A DNA stretch of 33,077 nucleotides from Campylobacterota bacterium. GTDB taxonomy: Bacteria > Campylobacterota > Campylobacteria > Campylobacterales > Sulfurimonadaceae. The stretch lies in the NCBI GenBank assembly GCA_034717975.1, contig JAYEMF010000118.1:1-33077 (forward strand), in the 5' to 3' direction. This document shows, in pieces, positions 27,078 to 33,077 of the stretch. Position 1 is the first letter of the stretch, and each line of letters starts with the position of its first letter. A program made the position numbers and the translations under genes. Below the pieces are notes generated by a model, which saw only the letters and a list, made by a program, of their open reading frames with translations, was not told the DNA's origin and ran no database searches.

Positions 27078-28573
27078 TGTCGATCGCGGGAACGATGTCC
27101 ACCTGAACGGTTTCCGCCTGAACTGTGACGGCGGTTTCTGTTACCGCGATATCCGCCGCGGTTTCCACCACGTCCGCCGCCACGGCTGTTTCGCTCCAGG
27201 CCTTGCAGGATCTTCTCCAAACGCTGTGGTTCGATACCGATGTTGCTTGGACCTTTGACTGATGTGCGTTCCATCAGAAGTGAAACAAGTTTGTAAGCGA
27301 TCTGGGTCTGGTCGAACTCCTCATTCAGTTCATCAAGAACTTCATGCGCTTCATCGTAAACATGCTGTTTTTCAATCTCGCTGATAAGACGGTTTAGCCC
27401 GGATTTTTTAACAGCATTTTTACTTGGGATGTAAGCATGCTCCATCGTTGTACCGACTTTGGCTTTGATGCGTTGAAGCTCTTTGAACTCAAGCGGTGTT
27501 ACCAAAGTAATTGCCATCCCTTTTTTACCGGCACGGCCGGTACGGCCGATACGGTGAACGTATGACTCAGGGTCAAATGGGATGTGGAAGTTAAAGACGT
27601 GGGTGACATCGTTGATGTGGATACCGCGTGCTGCAACATCAGTGGCGACAAGGATATCGATAGCGTTATCTTTGAGCCCTTTGATGACTGATTCACGCTG
27701 ACGCTGTTCCATATCGCCATGCAGTCCTTTGGCACTGTAGCCAACTGATGAAAGCACGTTTGAGAGGCGATCGACTTCTCTTTTTGTACGACAGAAGACG
27801 ATGACTTTGTCAGTCTCTTCTGCGTCGAGCAGACGGATAATAGCATCATCGCGCTCATTCTCATCAATGACATAGTACTGCTGGCTGATATCTTTGTTTG
27901 TCGTCTCACCTTTGGTGATGGAGATAAACTCAGGGTCAACCAGGATGCGCTTTGCAAGCTGCTTGATCGGCTCTGGCATAGTTGCCGAGAAGAGCAGAGT
28001 CTGACGCTCTTGCGGCAGGTAGCTGAAGATCTCGTTGATATCGTCCAAAAAGCCCATGTCGAGCATCTCATCGGCTTCATCAAGGATGACCGTTGATGGT
28101 GCGAAATCGGGAAGCATATCTTTACTCAGGATATCGAGCAGACGGCCAGGTGTTGCGATAACAACCTGTGCGCCTCGTTCGATCAGACCGATCTGACGGC
28201 CGTAAGAACTGCCACCGTAAACAGTGACGGTACGGATGCCAAGTTTTTTACCATATTTGAAAAGTTCATCACTGACCTGGTTCGCCAGTTCACGTGTCGG
28301 TGTGATAACCAGTGTCTCAACACCGCCTTGAAGGTGCATGTTGTTCATGATCGGCAGACCGAATGCTGCGGTTTTACCGGTACCGGTATGGGCCTGTCCG
28401 ACGACATCACGTCCCTCCAAAATAACCGGGATCGCCATCGCCTGAATCGGGCTGGCTACTTTGAATCCAGCGTACTGGATACTCTGCATGATCTCGCGTT
28501 TGAGACCAAAACTTTCAAACTTAGGCTGTTCTACAGCCTCTGTTGTGTTTTCTGTTTGTGTTTCTGTTGACAT
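27074..28573 (-). CDS. DEAD-box RNA helicase (CshA/DeaD-like) with RGG-rich tail
   Basis: GTGKT, PTRELA, DEAD, SAT, HRIGRTGR; tail RGGGRGGNRGGYRG. Likely start is ATG 28573. Confidence 0.93.
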   Translation of the reverse strand: MSTETQTENTTEAVEQPKFESFGLKREIMQSIQYAGFKVASPIQAMAIPVILEGRDVVGQAHTGTGKTAAFGLPIMNNMHLQGGVETLVITPTRELANQVSDELFKYGKKLGIRTVTVYGGSSYGRQIGLIERGAQVVIATPGRLLDILSKDMLPDFAPSTVILDEADEMLDMGFLDDINEIFSYLPQERQTLLFSATMPEPIKQLAKRILVDPEFISITKGETTNKDISQQYYVIDENERDDAIIRLLDAEETDKVIVFCRTKREVDRLSNVLSSVGYSAKGLHGDMEQRQRESVIKGLKDNAIDILVATDVAARGIHINDVTHVFNFHIPFDPESYVHRIGRTGRAGKKGMAITLVTPLEFKELQRIKAKVGTTMEHAYIPSKNAVKKSGLNRLISEIEKQHVYDEAHEVLDELNEEFDQTQIAYKLVSLLMERTSVKGPSNIGIEPQRLEKILQGLERNSRGGGRGGNRGGYRGNRNRRHSSGGNRSGGHRSRDRH

Positions 28574-28862
28574 ATTTTCTCTTGGAAAGGACACCTTTAC
28601 ACAACCATATTTCAGATGAAAAATGGCTCTAAAAGGCATCCACTAAATTAATACCAAATCAATACTTGGTATGAAATCGCGATTATATCTAAGCAATCCT
28701 TTTATATTTATTAATAATTTTTATAAATGAAATAAAGCATGCTTAAATGTTACGGATAGTGTATGCGGTAATTGAAATATCTGACATTGGGTTGACTGTC
28801 ATAAAAAAACCTTAGCTGGAGCAAATCAGATATAATACGCTCATTAACGATAAGGTTTGTCA

Positions 28863-30185
28863 ATGGATTCCATACTCTTGATCGCTGGTATTATCGCACT
28901 GATAGGCGTGGGTGCTGCCATAGTTGTATATTTGAAATACAGATCACTTCAAAACAGTTATGCTTTAGAACGTCAGGCATTGGAACATCAGTTGCAAGAA
29001 CAGGGCAGTGATCTCTCAGTGGCGAATGAACAGCATCAAGATCTGCATAAGCGATTTGATGCGCTCTCAGTAGAGAAAACGGTGCTGGAACGTGATTACG
29101 CTGTGTTGCACACCCGCTTCGAAGAGGCAAGTCGCAGTGCCAACGAGAAGATCAAACTCCTCGATGAGGCAAAAGAGAGCCTCAAAAGCCAGTTTGAAAA
29201 TCTGGCCAATCAGATATTTGACAAGAAGAGTAAAAGTTTCGATGAGCTTCAGCAGAAAAATCTTGGTCTGCTACTGCAGCCGTTTCGCGAGCAGATCACC
29301 CACTTCTCCAAGCAGACTGAAGAGCGTTTTGTCAAAGAGTCGAGTGACCGTGCCATCTTGCAAAAAGAGATATCACTGCTTAAAACACTCAACGAACGCA
29401 TTGGTGAAGATGCGCTGAACCTGACCAAAGCGCTCAAAGGTGAGAACAAGACCCAGGGGAACTGGGGTGAGATCGTACTCGAGCGGATACTTGAACAGTC
29501 GGGTCTGCGTGAGGGGAGCGAGTATGAGACACAGGGCAGTTTCAAAGACAGTTCCGGCAAAACACTTCGTCCGGATGTCATCGTTCACCTGCCGCAGGAG
29601 AAAGATATCATTATTGATTCCAAAGTTTCATTGGTGGCTTATGAGACATTTATGAATGCGGAAGATCCGGTTGAGAAAGAGCGGGCGCTGAAGCAGCATA
29701 TAGCATCTATCCAGTCACACATCAAGGGCTTGAGCGAGAAGCGGTATGAGGACCTTGAAGGGCTAAAGTCTCTTGATTTTGTTCTACTCTTCATGCCGAT
29801 TGAGGGGGCATTCCTGCTGGCACTGGAACAGGATGGCAGCTTCTTTAAAACGGCGTATGAACATAACATTATGGTAGTCAGTCCCTCAACACTTCTTGTA
29901 ACGCTTCGTACCATCGAACATATCTGGCGGACTGAACGTCAGGAGCAGAATGCTCAGGAGATCGTCCGTCAGGCGGAAAACCTGTTAGATAAATTTGCGG
30001 CATTTGTGGAAGATATGAATAAGATCGGTACCCACATCGAGCGGACACAGGGAGCGTATGATGATGCGATGAACAAGCTCTCAAGCGGAAAAGGCAACCT
30101 TGTCCGCCGTGCGGAAAATATGCAAAAACTGGGACTTAAACCCAAAAAAGCACTTCCGATTGCTTCAGAAGATGAGGAAGAGTAG
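28863..30185 (+). CDS. rmuC: DNA recombination protein RmuC
   Basis: N-terminal TM plus coiled coil; KTQGNWGE, RPDVIVHLP, IIIDSKVSL, LDFVLLFMPIE, SPSTL. Confidence 0.95.
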   Translation: MDSILLIAGIIALIGVGAAIVVYLKYRSLQNSYALERQALEHQLQEQGSDLSVANEQHQDLHKRFDALSVEKTVLERDYAVLHTRFEEASRSANEKIKLLDEAKESLKSQFENLANQIFDKKSKSFDELQQKNLGLLLQPFREQITHFSKQTEERFVKESSDRAILQKEISLLKTLNERIGEDALNLTKALKGENKTQGNWGEIVLERILEQSGLREGSEYETQGSFKDSSGKTLRPDVIVHLPQEKDIIIDSKVSLVAYETFMNAEDPVEKERALKQHIASIQSHIKGLSEKRYEDLEGLKSLDFVLLFMPIEGAFLLALEQDGSFFKTAYEHNIMVVSPSTLLVTLRTIEHIWRTERQEQNAQEIVRQAENLLDKFAAFVEDMNKIGTHIERTQGAYDDAMNKLSSGKGNLVRRAENMQKLGLKPKKALPIASEDEEE

Positions 30186-30377
30186 ATGACAATTCTGACT
30201 CAATTCGTGTATGAAAAAATGTGGCGTCCGACCAGCGATGACGATGCGCTTAAGATCATTGAAGAAGAGATCGGTGATGCCGATCCGAAAGGGACGTTGG
30301 ATTATGTCAAAAGTGCCATCAAAGAAGGGAAAACAATCACCGTAGGCGAATGCCGGTTTAAATCAGATATGAAGTAA
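30186..30377 (+). CDS. Small hypothetical protein
   Basis: Starts immediately after the rmuC stop with a GAGG RBS; globular composition. Confidence 0.65.
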   Translation: MTILTQFVYEKMWRPTSDDDALKIIEEEIGDADPKGTLDYVKSAIKEGKTITVGECRFKSDMK

Positions 30378-30858
30378 GCTGCTCTTCCCACACACGATAA
30401 CCGGCTTCACTTAAGTGAACGCCATCACTGGTATACTCATCAACAAGATCACCTCTGCCATCTGTAAAGTGTTTGTAAAGATCGACATAGGTCAATCCCC
30501 GCTCTTTTACCATGCTCTTTAGAAAAATATTCAGAGCGATGACCTTGGCATTTAATTCATCACGATCATCAAATCGTGCAATTGGAAGATTGGAGAGGAT
30601 GAGAAGCCTTTCAACCGCTTCAAGTGAATCGATCAAAAGGGTGTAGTTTGATTTGACCTGACTAAGCGGAACACCTTGTAGCAGATCGTTAATACCGATC
30701 ATCAAGACAACGGTGTCTGGCTGTTTATTGAGCGTATGTTGAAGGCGGTAGAGCAGACCATCGGTAGTATCGCCGGGGATGCCGCCGTTATAGTGCGGGC
30801 CGAAACGGTTCCAGTTATTATAGGCAGTGAGGCTGTCGCCAAGGAAGATCAATTCCAC
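30358..30858 (-). CDS. GDSL/SGNH hydrolase
   Basis: FLGDSLT, GIPGDTT, IGIND, DGVHLSEAGY. Confidence 0.9.
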   Translation of the reverse strand: MELIFLGDSLTAYNNWNRFGPHYNGGIPGDTTDGLLYRLQHTLNKQPDTVVLMIGINDLLQGVPLSQVKSNYTLLIDSLEAVERLLILSNLPIARFDDRDELNAKVIALNIFLKSMVKERGLTYVDLYKHFTDGRGDLVDEYTSDGVHLSEAGYRVWEEQLTSYLI

Positions 30859-31415
30859 TACGGATGACGGACTTTAACATTTGAGTTGAGGAGCCATCCG
30901 ATGAGGGCCATTGCACCAATCACGACAAAAGCCGGGATGAGATCATAGGCCGAACCCAGATAGACCAGCCAGAGCAGGATCGCACCAAGCGGTGTCGGTA
31001 CTCCGGTGAAATACTTTTGGACCTCTCCCTCTTCGGCATGAATGTTAAAGTGGATAAGGCGGCGAAGTCCGGAGATGACGTAGTAGATACTGATAACAGC
31101 CGCAAGCGCAATTCCGATGCCTTCAAGATGCACGGCATAGACTGCCTGAAAGATCAAAAAGACCGGAACGAGGACAAACGAGAGAAAATCGGCAAAGGAG
31201 TCCAGCTGAATGCCAAATTCGTTTGAGAGCTTGTATTTACGGGCGATCTTCCCGTCGAAAATATCGAATGCACCGCCGATCCAGGCAAGAATGATGGCAA
31301 GAAAAAAATTGTTTTGTGTAATAAAATAAGTTGCCAAAAGACCGGCACTGATATTGACCATGGTAAAAAGATTGGCCAGGTTGAAGTGACTCTCTGGTCG
31401 CCATAAAAATTGCAT
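30858..31415 (-). CDS. CDP-alcohol phosphatidyltransferase (PssA-like)
   Basis: DIFDGKIAR...FGIQLDSFADFLSF motif and FTGVPTP; GAGG RBS before ATG 31415. Confidence 0.9.
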   Translation of the reverse strand: MQFLWRPESHFNLANLFTMVNISAGLLATYFITQNNFFLAIILAWIGGAFDIFDGKIARKYKLSNEFGIQLDSFADFLSFVLVPVFLIFQAVYAVHLEGIGIALAAVISIYYVISGLRRLIHFNIHAEEGEVQKYFTGVPTPLGAILLWLVYLGSAYDLIPAFVVIGAMALIGWLLNSNVKVRHP

Positions 31416-31489
31416 AGATACCTCATATTTTTTTGCAATTATAGCCAATTTTGAAATCTGAAGGAGTGATTATGAGTTTTTATTATAAA

Positions 31490-31504
31490 TGATAATTGTT
31501 ATCA
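31490..31504. promoter_or_regulatory. Fur box 1
   Basis: TGATAAT-T-GTTATCA, one mismatch to the 7-1-7 consensus. Confidence 0.75.
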
Positions 31505-31547
31505 ATTTAAGTCTTTGTTAAGATAGGTTTCGGCTTAATACCGTAAA

Positions 31548-31562
31548 TGATAATTAGTATCA
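31548..31562. promoter_or_regulatory. Fur box 2
   Basis: TGATAAT-T-AGTATCA, about 24 nt upstream of the porin ATG. Confidence 0.75.
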
Positions 31563-31585
31563 ATTGTAAAAGAGGAATATAAATA

Positions 31586-32803
31586 ATGAATAGAACAGTA
31601 TTATCAGCGCTTGCAGCAAGTCTGTTGACAACAAGTGGTGTGTATGCAGACTCCATTGACGAAGCATTTAAAAACGGTGAAGTAAACGGACAGGTTCGTT
31701 TAGGGTACATCAACTATAATCCTGATGCAGCAGGTGAAACGCAGACAGCCACAGCAGTCGGCGGTCAGTTGAAGTATGAGACGGCTAAGTTTTACGGTTT
31801 TGACGGGGGAGTGGCTTTTTATACCTCGCACGATATCTCTGCTCTAAGCGGTGATCGTGGTGATGGTAAGCGAAATGAGGAGCTCTCTTCGAGTGATGGA
31901 GAGTATGCTGTTCTGGCCGAGTCCTATATCGGTTACAGTCGTAATACATTTGCACTACGTGTTGGTCGACAACTTATCGACACCCCTTATGCCGACAGTG
32001 ACGATATTCGTATGACACCAAATACCTTTGAAGGGGCTGTTGCCTCTTACGGTCTGAATGAGTTTACTTTCATTGGAGCTTACTTGACACGCTGGCAGGG
32101 ACCGGACTCGGAAAGCGATTATGAGTTTGCAGACCTGGTTGATGGTGATGGGGTAGTTATGGCTGCCGCAACGTATGGCTCTGATATGCTTGAGACCGGA
32201 TTTTGGTATTACGGTGCCGATAAGGTAGCAGATGTTGTTTATGCTGATGCCATTGCCAGTTTTGAATTTGAGAGCGGTGCCGGCATAAGCTTCGGTGCAC
32301 AGTTCGCCGATCAGAGTGAAAAGAGCAGCTCGGGCATTGAGGCGACACTCTACGGTGCGATGGCCGAGATGGGCCATATGGGTATAACCGTGGGAGTTGC
32401 TTATAATTCATTGGATGTCGCTGATGGAAAAAGTTATTTTGGCGGCTTTGGCGGCGGTGTAGGTTTTGTCAATATGGATGAGACGACTATCGGTGCAATG
32501 GAGATCGATCATGATGCCGAAGGGTGGAAATTGACGCTTGCATATGACTTTGGTATAGCAGGTTTGGAGGGCTTTGGCATAGAGTACGGCTATGGTGACT
32601 TTGACGGAGATAATCAGCATTTAGCCCCAGGTGAAAAAGACCATGAAGTAACTGAACATGATATCATCATCGCCTATGCCCCAAGTGAAACATGGGATGC
32701 TGAACTGATCTACTGCAATTTTAAAGATGAAAATAGAAACATTGATGGCGGAGATGATGCCGGGTTTGAGAGGGTAGTTGTCCGCGCCAACTACAATTTC
32801 TAA
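31586..32803 (+). CDS. OprD/MOMP-like outer-membrane porin
   Basis: Signal peptide, SIDEAFKNGEVNGQVR, VGRQLIDTP...DDIRMTPNTFEG, terminal ANYNF. Confidence 0.85.
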   Translation: MNRTVLSALAASLLTTSGVYADSIDEAFKNGEVNGQVRLGYINYNPDAAGETQTATAVGGQLKYETAKFYGFDGGVAFYTSHDISALSGDRGDGKRNEELSSSDGEYAVLAESYIGYSRNTFALRVGRQLIDTPYADSDDIRMTPNTFEGAVASYGLNEFTFIGAYLTRWQGPDSESDYEFADLVDGDGVVMAAATYGSDMLETGFWYYGADKVADVVYADAIASFEFESGAGISFGAQFADQSEKSSSGIEATLYGAMAEMGHMGITVGVAYNSLDVADGKSYFGGFGGGVGFVNMDETTIGAMEIDHDAEGWKLTLAYDFGIAGLEGFGIEYGYGDFDGDNQHLAPGEKDHEVTEHDIIIAYAPSETWDAELIYCNFKDENRNIDGGDDAGFERVVVRANYNF

Positions 32804-32896
32804 ACAGATGTCCCATTTTCGGGGCATTGATCTCTGAACGGATAGATATTGTTATTATATACTTGAAGAAAAGAGAGTGTTAATCAGTTTTTAATT

Positions 32897-32911
32897 TGAT
32901 ATCTATTATCA
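32897..32911. promoter_or_regulatory. Fur box upstream of feoA
   Basis: TGATATC-T-ATTATCA. Confidence 0.65.
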
Positions 32912-32950
32912 TTATAGAAATAAAACCAATAAATAAAAAGTGGAATCTAG

Positions 32951-33077
32951 ATGAAATTACTTACAGAGTGTTCGAAAGGGAGTAAGGTGGTTGTTTCCAA
33001 ACTTCATGCCAGTGGAGCGTTGAAACAGCGTCTTATCTCGTTGGGTATTATGAAGCATGCGGAGATCTCTGTATTGG
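32951..33077 (+). CDS. feoA: Ferrous iron transport protein A, runs off the window end
   Basis: MKLLTECSKGSKVVVSKLHASGALKQRLISLGIMKHAEISVL; the RLxxLG FeoA motif plus a Fur box. Confidence 0.82.
   Translation, partial: MKLLTECSKGSKVVVSKLHASGALKQRLISLGIMKHAEISVL

Noticed and set aside
8221..28573. The two DEAD-box helicases as a recent duplication
   Set aside because: Similarity is limited to the helicase motifs and the C-terminal domains differ, so they are old paralogues.

Overview
A chromosomal segment whose gene content and AT-rich TATAAT-type promoters point to a free-living Campylobacterota (Sulfurimonas/Sulfurovum-like; this is inference). In order it carries: a minus-strand peptidoglycan-recycling operon (amidase, DUF819, Ala-D/L-Glu epimerase); a Rep3-WH1-like ORF and a DEDDh exonuclease; a BRCT/LRV-repeat + MoxR AAA+ + DUF2201-vWA operon; dbpA; a tandem-HTH protein + PAS kinase + OmpR regulator + PIF1 helicase; ahpC divergent from metK; fdx-ndk-yceD-rpmF-plsX-fabH; two lipoproteins; a second 'plsX-fabH copy; a REP doublet; an Omp85-like gene and two DUF1254/1214 genes; HIT; a DEAD-box helicase; rmuC; a GDSL hydrolase and a pssA-like gene; and a Fur-boxed porin and feoA. 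No rRNA, tRNA, CRISPR array or intact transposase was seen. The most interesting signals are: (1) a metK leader that can fold into mutually exclusive structures, one a three-way junction hiding the Shine-Dalgarno (candidate SAM riboswitch); (2) two diverged 3'-end gene duplications (metK and plsX-fabH); (3) three families of dispersed non-coding repeats, one of which invades coding sequence; (4) the BRCT-LRV/MoxR/vWA module with a degenerate HExxH motif. All alignments and folds were done by eye.
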